DNA of 44,923 nt from Minisyncoccia bacterium (GTDB lineage Bacteria; Patescibacteriota; Minisyncoccia; Phycocordibacterales; Phycocordibacteraceae). The position numbers and the translations under genes were made by a program. The notes under the pieces were generated by a model. It worked only from the letters and a program-made list of their open reading frames with translations, did not search any database and had not been told where the DNA came from. Positions 18,158-27,458 of this stretch are shown piece by piece (within the stretch, counting starts at the first letter, position 1; every line of letters starts with the position of its first letter). Where the stretch lies: contig JBBRPE010000001.1 in NCBI GenBank assembly GCA_038228545.1, positions 1 to 44,923 of the forward strand, in the 5' to 3' direction.

Positions 18158-18841
18158 CTATCGTACCAAATCTTTAGGAATAATGAGTGAAAGGTGTTCG
18201 AAAATGAGCTTAAGTGGTGCTGAGCGCTCATGGAGGACAGGAATAAGCCTAGTAGCATCTCGGAGGAATTCCTGGTATTCAATCGCTCCCGTTTTACTCC
18301 ACTGTTCGTATACGGCTGTAGTGAGTCCCTCGACAAGACGCAGTGCTTCCCCGCGCGCTGTCTGCTTCTCTTCGTCTTTATCCGACTTCGTGCGGTCGAG
18401 TAGCTTGGAAATATATTTCTCGCGTTCGCTAGCTTTGAGAGAAAGATACTGTTCGGCTTCGCTACTGATATGCATCGTGCCGTGCGCGAGTGGAAGCATA
18501 CGCGAGCGAAGAGTCTTGAGAAGAATTCCAGCAGAAGGAACAATCAGAATGAGTGTGGTCCCTGGTGGTGGCTCTTCGAACAGTTTGAGGAGTGCGTTCT
18601 GCGCTTCATGAAAAAGGCGTTCCGCGGCTAGTACCAGTACCTTGGCATCTCCTCCCACAGCACGCTGATCGGCCAGTCGAATCACTCGACGCGCATCGTC
18701 AACAGAAAAAAGACCGTAACGAAAAATAATGAGGTCGGGATTATTCCCGCTACTCAGTCCCATGACATCGTGCGCATAATCGGTCGCTTTCGCTATACCA
18801 GCCTCGCGCTCGCCTGCGTAAAAATATGCATGATGACTCAT
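18158..18841 (-). CDS. holB: DNA polymerase III delta-prime-like clamp-loader subunit
   Basis: AQNALLKLFEEPP and TLRSR; degenerate Walker A; start MSHHAY at 18841. Confidence 0.75.
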   Translation of the reverse strand: MSHHAYFYAGEREAGIAKATDYAHDVMGLSSGNNPDLIIFRYGLFSVDDARRVIRLADQRAVGGDAKVLVLAAERLFHEAQNALLKLFEEPPPGTTLILIVPSAGILLKTLRSRMLPLAHGTMHISSEAEQYLSLKASEREKYISKLLDRTKSDKDEEKQTARGEALRLVEGLTTAVYEQWSKTGAIEYQEFLRDATRLIPVLHERSAPLKLIFEHLSLIIPKDLVR

Positions 18842-18868
18842 TGCTCTAGAATAAACCATGAAATAGGA

Positions 18869-18899
18869 AAGGGCCCGACGCTTGCGCAATCGGGCCCTT
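18869..18899 (-). terminator. Intrinsic terminator of the beta-barrel-like gene
   Basis: AAGGGCCCGA...TCGGGCCCTT hairpin. Confidence 0.7.
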
Positions 18900-18918
18900 A
18901 ACAGACATCTCACCCTCC

Positions 18919-19569
18919 CTACCAGAAACGACGACTGGCGGAAACGCCGAAGCCGTGGCCGGCGCCTATGAAACCGCTGAATCCGATGGTGACGGGACGC
19001 TCGGAGTGACCGAGCGGCACCGACACCATAGCGTACGTCGGCTCCAGACGTTGGCGCGGATTCCAGGCGTGACCGATGGTCACCGTAGCGACCCCGACGG
19101 CGTGCGAGACGTCCACGCTGTAGAATTCGGAATCGAATCCGCCGCGGTAGACCTGCGCATCGGCACTGGCGATGAAGCCGTGGCCGAGCGGCACAGAGAC
19201 GCCGACCGCGACCGTACCCACCGGGATGGACGAGCCGTTCGGGTACAGGTAAATCGCTGCCTCACTGTGCACGTTCACGCCGTTGGCGAGTGTGTGCGAG
19301 AAAGACTCGCCCACATCGACTTCGACCGCATCGTAGTCGCCGATCTGTCCCCAGACGTAGCCTGAGAAGTCGGTGCTCTGGTTCCAGGTGACGGTCGCGT
19401 TGACGACCGGATTCCTGGAGACCACGATGGCTTGTTTCGGGAAGATGTAGTTTGTGGCCACGCTCCCTTCAACGACGACAGTTGCCGGTCGGTCGGTTTC
19501 GCCTTCAGCACGCGCCGCTAGCGGCACAAGCAAGGGAGCGAGAGATGAGAAAAGAAGAACTTTCTTCAC
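18919..19569 (-). CDS. Secreted beta-strand-rich protein resembling TorF/Gcw_chp putative porins
   Basis: Signal peptide (..LAARA); SVATNYIF, FSGYVWG, EVDVG; alternating strands; C-terminal aromatic (SASRRFW); higher GC. Confidence 0.6.
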   Translation of the reverse strand: MKKVLLFSSLAPLLVPLAARAEGETDRPATVVVEGSVATNYIFPKQAIVVSRNPVVNATVTWNQSTDFSGYVWGQIGDYDAVEVDVGESFSHTLANGVNVHSEAAIYLYPNGSSIPVGTVAVGVSVPLGHGFIASADAQVYRGGFDSEFYSVDVSHAVGVATVTIGHAWNPRQRLEPTYAMVSVPLGHSERPVTIGFSGFIGAGHGFGVSASRRFW

Positions 19570-19606
19570 GAGCTACCCCTTTCAGGTACGGAGAAGAGTT
19601 AGAGCT

Positions 19607-19635
19607 ACTATACACCAATTTTTATTAAATGTCAA
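19607..19635 (-). promoter_or_regulatory. Sigma70 promoter of the 19569 gene
   Basis: TTGACA-N17-TATAGT on minus strand. Confidence 0.7.
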
Positions 19636-19637
19636 TA

Positions 19638-20651
19638 TTACCGCTTTGAGACAATGCTCTTTTTATACGTATCCAAATGTGCGAGTGCTATACCGGTACC
19701 GCGCGCAACGCAGTAGTAGGCGTCGTCTGCGAGCTTCGCATTTACTCCTGTCCGACGTAGAACTAGTTCCGGCAAGTGACGAAGCTGCGACGTTCCACCG
19801 GTAAGGATGATGCCGTTATCAATGATGTCGGAAGCAAGTTCTGGTGGCGTCTCCTGAAGTACCTTACGTACAGCTCCCATCATCTCGCGCAATTCCCTAT
19901 TCATTGCCTGCACGATTTCGTTGGTCTTGAGCTCTATAGTGCGTGGTAGTCCCGTCACGAGGTCACGACCCTTCACTGCCATGGAAAGTTCCTCGGTAAC
20001 TGGCACAGCGGAGCCTATCGTTATCTTCACTTCCTCTGCGGTCTTGTCGCCAATTGCGAGATTGTACTGCTTCTTTACATGGTCGATGATAGCGCGGTCG
20101 AGTTTGTTGCCAGCACATTTTACGGACGTCGACGCGACGATGCCGCCAAGCGATATCACAGCCACGTCGATAGTGCCGCCACCAAGATCAGCAACCATGC
20201 GTCCGAGTGCTTCCTGAATCGGAATGCCGGCGCCGATAGCAGCAAGAATAGGTTCCTTCACCACATACGCATCTTTCGCTCCCGCTTTCACAGCGGCTTC
20301 GATGACGGCGCGCTTTTCTGTTGAGGTCACGCCGGCAGGCACGGACACAAGAACGATAGGCTTAAAGAAATTCCATTTGCCGAGCGCCTTCCGCATGAAG
20401 TAACGAAGCATTGCTTCCGTGACGCGATAGTCCGCAATAACACCGTCCTTCATCGGACGATAGGCTGTTATGCCGTCAGGCGTACGACCTATCATCTGCT
20501 TCGCTGCCGCTCCTATAGCAAGAACTTTATTGTTTTCGCTTGAGACAGCGACGACCGAGGGCTCATTTAGCACTACACCTTTTTCCGGGAGATACACCAG
20601 CACATTCGTGGTGCCGAGGTCGATGCCTAGTTTAGGTGAAAAAAATCCCAT
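19638..20651 (-). CDS. mreB: Second MreB-family actin (MreB/Mbl paralog)
   Basis: GIDLGTTN, RPMKDGVIADY, EPILAAIGAG, DLGGGTID. Confidence 0.93.
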   Translation of the reverse strand: MGFFSPKLGIDLGTTNVLVYLPEKGVVLNEPSVVAVSSENNKVLAIGAAAKQMIGRTPDGITAYRPMKDGVIADYRVTEAMLRYFMRKALGKWNFFKPIVLVSVPAGVTSTEKRAVIEAAVKAGAKDAYVVKEPILAAIGAGIPIQEALGRMVADLGGGTIDVAVISLGGIVASTSVKCAGNKLDRAIIDHVKKQYNLAIGDKTAEEVKITIGSAVPVTEELSMAVKGRDLVTGLPRTIELKTNEIVQAMNRELREMMGAVRKVLQETPPELASDIIDNGIILTGGTSQLRHLPELVLRRTGVNAKLADDAYYCVARGTGIALAHLDTYKKSIVSKR

Positions 20652-20733
20652 ACCGTGGGCGTACTATACCGCGAGACGGGAAGTGAGGCCAAATCTGTGG
20701 GTAATCGAGCGCCTCTGGTATACAATCTTCGCA

Positions 20734-22041
20734 ATGCAAGCCGAGGAAATGAACTTCAAAGTGGAAGGTGGCCACCCGCTCAGGGGCACTATTCTGACTA
20801 ATCGCTCAAAGAATGGTGCCGTTGCGCTTCTCGCCGCTTCTCTCCTTAATAAGGGAATCACAACGCTCAGGAACGTACCAAAGATTGAAGAGGTAAACCG
20901 TCTTCTTGAAGTGCTCGAGTCTATTGGTATGAAGATAGAGCGTGAGGATCACACGGTAAAACTCACACCACCGGAAGTTATTTCACTCGACACGATAGAC
21001 AAGGAAGCTGCCGTGCGTACGCGCAGTATTCTGATGTTCATCGGCCCGCTTCTCCATCAGTTCAAATCATTCGATATCCCGCAATCCGGCGGATGTAATT
21101 TCGGCACACGCAGTGTGCGTCCGCATCTCTGGGCACTTGAACGGTTCGGCGTTTCTATCGAAGCACTCACCGACAGCTTCCACGTCACGCATGACGACCT
21201 CGCGCCTGCGACGGTTGTGCTGTTCGAATCGAGCGACACCGGCACGATTAATTCCCTTCTTGCAGCTGCGCGCATACCGGGCACTTCAGTTATAAAGTAC
21301 GCTTCGGCAAACTATCAAGTGCAGGAAGTGTGTGGGTACCTACGTGCGCTTGGCGTTGAAGTTTCGGGTATTGGTACCACCACCGTCACCATCACCGGAA
21401 AGCCCGACATAGATATGGACGTGGAATACACTGTTGCGGAAGATCCGACGGACGCGATGTTCTTCCTTGCAAGTGGCATCGTCACCAAGTCATCGCTCAC
21501 CATAGCGAAAGCGCCGATTGAATTTCTTGAAATTGAACTCGCTATTTTGGAAAAAATGGGCTTGCAGTTCACCACTACCGACGCGGGTGTTTCTGAAAAC
21601 GGCATTACGAAGTTGGCGGACATACATATCGAGCCATCAAATCTCACAGCCTTTCCTGAAAAGATTCACGCACGTCCCTATCCAGGATTGAACATAGACA
21701 ACCTTCCATTCTTTGCAGTCATAGCAACCGTTACTGAGGGTACGACACTTATCCACGACTGGACCTTTGAGAAGCGTGCGATTTATTACACCGAGCTCGA
21801 CCGCCTCGGTGCAGATACGCATCTCATGGACCCGCATCGTATTCAGATACTCGGTCCGCGTCATTTGCGTGCTGCAGAAATAGTCTGCCCGCCTGCTCTT
21901 CGTCCCGCTACCATTCTTCTTATAGGCATGCTCGCTGCCGAGGGTACATCCATGCTTCGTAACGTCTACTCCATAAATCGTGGTTACGAAGATTTGGTAT
22001 CACGTTTGCAGTCAATTGGCGGCAAGATAGAACAAGCATAA
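20734..22041 (+). CDS. murA: UDP-N-acetylglucosamine 1-carboxyvinyltransferase
   Basis: SKNGAVALLAA, GGCNFGTRSV (active Cys), PYPGLNID, INRGYE; start MQAEEM at 20734. Confidence 0.94.
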   Translation: MQAEEMNFKVEGGHPLRGTILTNRSKNGAVALLAASLLNKGITTLRNVPKIEEVNRLLEVLESIGMKIEREDHTVKLTPPEVISLDTIDKEAAVRTRSILMFIGPLLHQFKSFDIPQSGGCNFGTRSVRPHLWALERFGVSIEALTDSFHVTHDDLAPATVVLFESSDTGTINSLLAAARIPGTSVIKYASANYQVQEVCGYLRALGVEVSGIGTTTVTITGKPDIDMDVEYTVAEDPTDAMFFLASGIVTKSSLTIAKAPIEFLEIELAILEKMGLQFTTTDAGVSENGITKLADIHIEPSNLTAFPEKIHARPYPGLNIDNLPFFAVIATVTEGTTLIHDWTFEKRAIYYTELDRLGADTHLMDPHRIQILGPRHLRAAEIVCPPALRPATILLIGMLAAEGTSMLRNVYSINRGYEDLVSRLQSIGGKIEQA

Positions 22042-22263
22042 AATTCCGCTCGCGCTCGGAGGAAAACACGCAGCTTCGACACTCACCTGTCGCGTTTCGC
22101 ATAGTCGTCTCGTTGCGAAAACTTCCTAAAACGCTCCGCTAGTCGGGAGTTTTCTTCTCGGCTCCTTGCGAAATTGCTCTGTGTTCGGAATAGCGTTTTT
22201 TCTCCAAGCACTCACTCTGGGCTAGAAATACATGCGATTCGCTATATACGGTAAACTGCATCT

Positions 22264-22560
22264 ATGAGACCCATCGGTGATTTTCTTCCTAAGGACCTAG
22301 AGACGAAGAAGAAATCTAAGGCAACCCAGCGTGGTGAGCTCATGCGTTTCTTCCAGCGCCACCTCAATTACACCCGAGCACGCGATGGACTCCCTTTTCT
22401 TACTATGTCCCGCATGGGGAAAATCCTGGAAGGCATCCCGACAGACGACCTTTACTACCTAAAATCGGTCTGTAGCAGGGCCAAGAACTTCAGCAAGAAG
22501 TTCTGGTGGGAAATTGACCCGAAGAAGCATGAGGTAGATTCTAAGAAACAGCCATTTTAG
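22264..22560 (+). CDS. Hypothetical basic protein
   Basis: 98-aa ORF with TAAACT box 6 nt before ATG. Confidence 0.7.
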   Translation: MRPIGDFLPKDLETKKKSKATQRGELMRFFQRHLNYTRARDGLPFLTMSRMGKILEGIPTDDLYYLKSVCSRAKNFSKKFWWEIDPKKHEVDSKKQPF

Positions 22561-22562
22561 TA

Positions 22563-22591
22563 TTGACCTTAGTTTTGAGAAGTGTTATAAA
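22563..22591 (+). promoter_or_regulatory. Sigma70-type promoter overlapped by an inverted repeat
   Basis: TTGACC-N17-TATAAA; CCTTAGTTTT/AAAACTAAGG at 22567-22598. Confidence 0.5.
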
Positions 22592-22599
22592 ACTAAGGA

Positions 22600-22806
22600 A
22601 GTTCTTCGTAGTGCCACATGGCAGGGTCGTTTTGGTCTCCCCCCGACTAATTACCCTGCCAACTCGCGGGCTGTCTGTCCCCCTAGGGTCCGCTGAGTCG
22701 GCCGCCGGTGCACTGAGTGAGAGGCACTATCCCTCCCCCTCTTACCATTGCACCGGCGGATTCGACCCCGTCCCACACCGCCGTCTCTTCTTGGGGCGGC
22801 ATTCTT
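22600..22806 (+). ncRNA. Candidate structured non-coding RNA
   Basis: GC-rich intergenic with stems GGCAGGGT/ACCCTGCC and CCGCCGGTGCA/TGCACCGGCGG, a promoter upstream and a terminal hairpin. Confidence 0.4.
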
Positions 22807-22825
22807 GTTATAGTTTTCCTACACC

Positions 22826-23371
22826 ATGCTTACTCTACGCGAAACAGACGACCCTATTCTCCGCAAAACGGCACTAGCCGTGCCTACGGAGCTTTTTGAT
22901 ACTCCGGAACTGCAAGACATGCTTAACGACATGTCCGAAACTCTTGATGCACAGAAGGATGGTGTGGCACTCGCCGCACCCCAAGTCGGACTTTCCTACC
23001 GGATTTTTATAGTCCGCTATGACCGCATGCAAGACCGAGAGGATGAATCAGCGTCAGAAGGTGCTGCAGAGCTGGGCATATTTATAAATCCGGAAATAAT
23101 TAAATCGTCCCGTAGGCGAGAAGAGATGCAGGAAGGGTGTCTTTCGGTGCGTGGTATATATGGCACGACACTTCGCCACGAACGTGCGACTGTCGTCGCG
23201 TACGATGAGCACGGTACTCGCTTCACTAGAGGTGCTGGTGGCATCCTTGCCCAGGCATTTCAACACGAGACCGACCACCTCGATGGCATGCTTTTTATAG
23301 ACCACGCTCAAGAATTGCATGAGCAGGGCCAGACAGACGAGCACCAAGAGGACGAAGATGAACATGAATAG
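22826..23371 (+). CDS. def: Peptide deformylase
   Basis: GVALAAPQVG, EGCLS, QHETDHLDG. Confidence 0.97.
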   Translation: MLTLRETDDPILRKTALAVPTELFDTPELQDMLNDMSETLDAQKDGVALAAPQVGLSYRIFIVRYDRMQDREDESASEGAAELGIFINPEIIKSSRRREEMQEGCLSVRGIYGTTLRHERATVVAYDEHGTRFTRGAGGILAQAFQHETDHLDGMLFIDHAQELHEQGQTDEHQEDEDEHE

Positions 23372-24227
23372 CGGTACTTTTTTGTTCTTCGGTACTCCCT
23401 ACGTAGCCCGCGATACGCTTTCTGCGCTCGTCCATGCAGGGTATGTGCCAGCTGCGGTCGTTACCTCACCGGACGCTCCGCAAGGCCGAGGTATGACGCA
23501 CACACCAACACCTACCAAAACGTGGGCGCTGGAACACGAACTGGAAGTACTGACTCCAGAAAAACTCACCAGTGACGTAATTGAGTCTCTCAAGAAGTAC
23601 GGAGCTGACTACGCGATAGTCGTGGCCTACGGGAAAATCCTTCCCGAGTCACTTATCCACGCCTTTCCAAAAGGAGTCCTTAATATTCATTACTCCCTTC
23701 TTCCCAAATATCGCGGTGCCTCCCCCGTAGAAAGCGCGTTACTCGCTGGAGACTCAGTAACAGGAGTCGCTGTGCAGAAGATGGTAAAGGAGCTCGACGC
23801 GGGAGATATAGTCTCCCTACGCGAAGTAGCAATTACTGAAACTGACACAACACGGGAACTTCGTCCACGGCTCATCACTGCCGGTAGTGAACTCCTTATC
23901 GAGACGCTTCCTGACTTTCTTTCTGGAGCTATCACACCCACACCCCAGGACGCTTTACACGCCACCAAGTGCGGAAAGATTGATAAATCCGAAGGCGAGC
24001 TCGACCTTGCAGGTAACGCACAGACAAATTGGAACAAGTACCGTGCCTATGCGGAGTCGCCGGGAACATATTTTTTCATCGAAAAGAATGGCAAGAAAAT
24101 GCGCATCAAGATAAAGACTGCACACTTTGCTGACGGAGTTTTTACGCCACTACGAGTCGTTCCTGAAGGAAAGAACGAGACGGACTACGCTGCACTTCTT
24201 ACTTCAGCAAAGCCCAAGGGGCAATAA
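23364..24227 (+). CDS. fmt: Methionyl-tRNA formyltransferase
   Basis: FFGTP, VVAYGKIL, NIHYSLLPKYRGASP, ELDAGDI; follows def; start could be 23358. Confidence 0.96.
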   Translation: MNSGTFLFFGTPYVARDTLSALVHAGYVPAAVVTSPDAPQGRGMTHTPTPTKTWALEHELEVLTPEKLTSDVIESLKKYGADYAIVVAYGKILPESLIHAFPKGVLNIHYSLLPKYRGASPVESALLAGDSVTGVAVQKMVKELDAGDIVSLREVAITETDTTRELRPRLITAGSELLIETLPDFLSGAITPTPQDALHATKCGKIDKSEGELDLAGNAQTNWNKYRAYAESPGTYFFIEKNGKKMRIKIKTAHFADGVFTPLRVVPEGKNETDYAALLTSAKPKGQ

Positions 24228-24232
24228 GTCAC

Positions 24233-24263
24233 AGAAGGGCCGCGCTTGCACGCGACCCCTTCT
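24233..24263. terminator. Terminator-like hairpin after fmt
   Basis: AGAAGGG.CGCG...CGCG.CCCTTCT. Confidence 0.6.
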
Positions 24264-24554
24264 CCTTTGTTACTACAGACGCAAAAACGGATTGAACCGA
24301 ATCTGCTTCCAGCTATTGGTTGCGATGTCGAAGCCCACCACGCATCCGGGCATTGCCTGTGGCTTTTGAGGCAGACTCAATGGCTCGCGTCGTGTGCCAT
24401 GACGTGAGCTCGTAGAGCCGCTGTATATAGTCTTCAGCGGCAACCGACTGCCTTCGCGCTCAATGTCGGTCTTGCATGCGTTCCTTTTTCTCATGGCACA
24501 TTCCTTTCGTGTCCTGCTGCCGGAACACACAGTACCGTATCGACAACAATAGTG

Positions 24555-24917
24555 CTACACACCAAATCGGAATAGATTTTTAAATCGATTACCCTCTTTC
24601 CGCAATATACTCTCGCGTTTTTTCTTTGCTACACGGAGTTCGCGATTAAGTTCTCCGATCATTGTGTCTACAGCCGTGCGAATGGAGTCGGATTCAGCCT
24701 TCGCGTAATGGCTTATACCATCTACGGTGAGATGAATGTCCGCATACCAAACGTTCCCGTTTACGTGCGCCTGTGTGATTTTACCGAGATCTACATACGC
24801 AAGTGCAGGCGTATCACGCTTGCCCAGGAATTTCTGTAACGACTCAAGTTTCCGTGTCGTTATTTTCTGTATGTCGGGAGTGATTTCATAATTGGTACCT
24901 TTGAATTGTATGTTCAT
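24555..24917 (-). CDS. hpf: Ribosome hibernation factor (HPF/RaiA family)
   Basis: MNIQFKGTNYEITPDI...AKAESDSIRTAVD...KLES pattern of the S30AE family. Confidence 0.85.
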   Translation of the reverse strand: MNIQFKGTNYEITPDIQKITTRKLESLQKFLGKRDTPALAYVDLGKITQAHVNGNVWYADIHLTVDGISHYAKAESDSIRTAVDTMIGELNRELRVAKKKRESILRKEGNRFKNLFRFGV

Positions 24918-24965
24918 GTGAAATCGATTAGCTCCTAAGACTCATTCCACTATAGCGTACTCCCC

Positions 24966-25205
24966 TTACCCGTATTTCTCGTGAAGATAGGCCATTATGT
25001 CGTCTGATTCATACATAGACACGTCGGTCTCATCGTCCACCATATAGGGCATCTGCTTCTTTCCGCCAAACTCCACAAGTTCTGCCGCAAACACCGGGTC
25101 GTGAACATCTTTGAGCACCAGCGGCTGTCCTGTACCTCGGGCGGCTTCGACGGTCTTTATACAAAAGGGGCACTCAGGATTGATATAGAGCGTAATCATA
25201 TTCAT
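24966..25205 (-). CDS. Glutaredoxin / GST-N-like protein
   Basis: CPFC motif; GGKKQMPYMVD; MYESDDI. Confidence 0.88.
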   Translation of the reverse strand: MNMITLYINPECPFCIKTVEAARGTGQPLVLKDVHDPVFAAELVEFGGKKQMPYMVDDETDVSMYESDDIMAYLHEKYG

Positions 25206-25281
25206 GTAGTATACCCGTTGCCGATTCGGTGATTTCCGCTAGAATACGACAGTCCTCCTACGAGGACATATCTCTACCTAT

Positions 25282-25353
25282 TCCGCGGTAGCTCAGCGGT
25301 AGAGCGGTCGACTGTTAATCGATTGGTCGCAGGTTCGATCCCTGCCCGCGGAG
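25282..25353 (+). tRNA. tRNA-Asn (GTT)
   Basis: Acceptor TCCGCGG/CCGCGGA, D-arm GCTCAGCGGTAGAGC, anticodon arm GTCGA-CTGTTAA-TCGAT, T-loop GGTTCGATCC; CCA not encoded. Confidence 0.97.
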
Positions 25354-25359
25354 CATCAA

Positions 25360-25388
25360 GAAAGAGCCATGTAATACATGGCTCTTTC
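25360..25388 (+). terminator. Terminator hairpin after tRNA-Asn
   Basis: GAAAGAGCCATGTA-A-TACATGGCTCTTTC; near-copy at 28398-28426. Confidence 0.85.
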
Positions 25389-25415
25389 GCGTTGGGGGGA
25401 GAACAGGAATATTAC

Positions 25416-26423
25416 TTATGGCGATTCAAATAAAGAAGGTAGCTGAACCAAATAGTCTTGGAGCTTTTTAACGTCCTCAAATCGATTTGTTTCGTGCCAG
25501 TACCGTAATTTCATGTAGGCGTTCACTACCACTGCGGCCTTGAGCAGATTCTCATCGTATTTTTCATCTCCAAAATAGCCCTCCACTATTTGCCTACCTG
25601 GTTCATTCAATCCACTCCTTACTGCTAAGACTAGCGTTCTAGCCAAGTCCATATAAGGGTGGTTTAGAAATGGAATCGGATCAAACACCGTAAGAGGGTC
25701 AGTTGCAAAGATGTTCGCTATAGAAAAATCACTGTGGCCATACACAGTACTCGAGTCAGAGCCTATTTCTCTAAAGAGAACCTCTTGTGCCTCTGGTAAT
25801 GAACCATGTGCCTCATCTTTCAAAAGTTCATGCTCCTTCACGTATAAGAATTTATCTTGCAAAGAAGACCTGTCTAACCAAGTTTTAATATCCGGGAATT
25901 CAGGCTGGCCGTTTATTATGGATCCATAGCCGTTAGCTGTTGCCGTATGCATCTTCCTTAAGACTACGCCCATTTCTACATATAATTTTTTTCCTATAAG
26001 TTGCTCTACGGTATGCGCATGACGTAACGGGAGAGCATCAATATATTCCATCAGTATATAAGGGTGACCGACTATCTCTCCGGCTTCGATAACGTGAGGG
26101 ACACTCACTCCAACCTGTTCCCAAGCCTTAAGGAAGACCGCTTCGTTTCGTGAGAATTCTTTTTTAAGAGGAATCTTTAAAACATATTTCTCATGTCCAG
26201 TGTCCAGAATACTAACCAGCGATGATATGCCGCTGTGCGAGAAAGTAACCTCTATCGGTTTTCCGTTAAATAGTTTGTGTTCAGCAATGAAACTTGCTAT
26301 CTCGCGAGCGAGCAGTTTTCTCTTTTCGTCAAACTCCTTATCGATCTCATACCCGGTAAGTCGAGGTTCGTTTAAAAAGACTATCGATTCGGTATTTCTT
26401 GTGGCTTCGGGTTCCATGGGCAA
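25416..26423 (-). CDS. Aminoglycoside phosphotransferase (APH)-like kinase
   Basis: YVLKIP, VSVPHV, YILMEYI, HSDFSIANI and VFDP kinase motifs. Confidence 0.85.
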   Translation of the reverse strand: MPMEPEATRNTESIVFLNEPRLTGYEIDKEFDEKRKLLAREIASFIAEHKLFNGKPIEVTFSHSGISSLVSILDTGHEKYVLKIPLKKEFSRNEAVFLKAWEQVGVSVPHVIEAGEIVGHPYILMEYIDALPLRHAHTVEQLIGKKLYVEMGVVLRKMHTATANGYGSIINGQPEFPDIKTWLDRSSLQDKFLYVKEHELLKDEAHGSLPEAQEVLFREIGSDSSTVYGHSDFSIANIFATDPLTVFDPIPFLNHPYMDLARTLVLAVRSGLNEPGRQIVEGYFGDEKYDENLLKAAVVVNAYMKLRYWHETNRFEDVKKLQDYLVQLPSLFESP

Positions 26424-26444
26424 ATTATACCAGTGAGGCTTATC

Positions 26445-26552
26445 CTATACTGCCGTACTTTCCATCAGCCTAATCATATAGAGCCGCTGGGCCATCTGAT
26501 TTATGTATTCTCTATTGAACAGCAGCGGTATATTTGCGTGATGGTCTGGGAA
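26445..26552 (-). repeat. Type I junction tail copy 1 (start-less 35-codon frame)
   Basis: Translates FPDHHANIPLLFNREYINQMAQRLYMIRLMESTAV*. Confidence 0.85.
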
Positions 26553-26672
26553 AATTGCGTCTCGCCGTCGAGTCCCACTTCCCTGTCGGGTGGGTGCTTA
26601 GTAGTACTGATGCTCTGTGGGTTGCACGGGAGTAGGAGTAGAACCTTTGGTGTATGGGACGATACTGGAACT

Positions 26673-27173
26673 TTACTTAATTCTCTGCCATACAGACAAA
26701 AAGTATATTAAAAGAGCAAAAGAAAAAAAAGCAAGTGCATAAATCCATGGAATAAGATTGAAAGTAACTAGACCTATGTGAACAAATGCTATCCAAAAAT
26801 TCAAGGAGAATTCAAAGACAGAAGGCCATCCCACAATTTTAACTACAGAGGCATATGAACCTGCTGGCCATGCAGTACATAGAGCTACAAAGAATAATCC
26901 TACAAAAGACAGAACTTTTTTGTGCAAAAGAAAATAACCACTGCTAGCAATTAAAAATGCTCCTATGATTTCGAGAAGCCATGGGAGAATATGCATGAAT
27001 ATCCCAAACACTGCATACCCACGTATCTGAGGATAAGTCTTTATAAATGGGAAGATGATTGAAAACACTACAAAATTAAGACTAGCGGCACTTAAGAAGC
27101 TTATTACTAACGCGAGTGCAAAAAACAATAGTCCTTTCATGGGTTTAGGTTTTGTTATAAGTATAACAAACAA
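26673..27173 (-). CDS. Hypothetical integral membrane protein
   Basis: 166 aa, ~4 TM segments, AT-rich; start may be the internal ATG (MKGLL). Confidence 0.65.
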   Translation of the reverse strand: MFVILITKPKPMKGLLFFALALVISFLSAASLNFVVFSIIFPFIKTYPQIRGYAVFGIFMHILPWLLEIIGAFLIASSGYFLLHKKVLSFVGLFFVALCTAWPAGSYASVVKIVGWPSVFEFSLNFWIAFVHIGLVTFNLIPWIYALAFFSFALLIYFLSVWQRIK

Positions 27174-27187
27174 GTCTTGCTGGAAGA

Positions 27188-27295
27188 CTAGGTATCAAGC
27201 CTCTCCATCGCTCTGATGAGATACAACTGTTGAGCCATTCCGCTCATGTACTCCCTATTAAATAGAAGTCGTATATTAACGTGATGTTCGGGGAA
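27188..27295 (-). repeat. Type I junction tail copy 2
   Basis: Translates FPEHHVNIRLLFNREYMSGMAQQLYLIRAMERLDT*. Confidence 0.85.
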
Positions 27296-27458
27296 AATTC
27301 CCTTCCCGTGTCGAGTCCTGCCCCCCCTGCCTTGTGTTCACTTGCTCGAACTAAACACGTAGAGCTAAGACCCAAGCGGGAATAGAACCTTGAAGTCTAT
27401 GCCAGGCAGACTGGGACGATGCTGGAACCTTTTTGAGGTTCGCTTATAGTAATAGACA

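Noticed and set aside
20470-20733. N-terminal extension of murA
   Set aside because: Overlaps mreB on the opposite strand; MurA similarity starts at about ATG 20734.
24273-24530. 85-aa minus-strand ORF
   Set aside because: No motif or clear start signal; may be a real small gene but cannot be supported.
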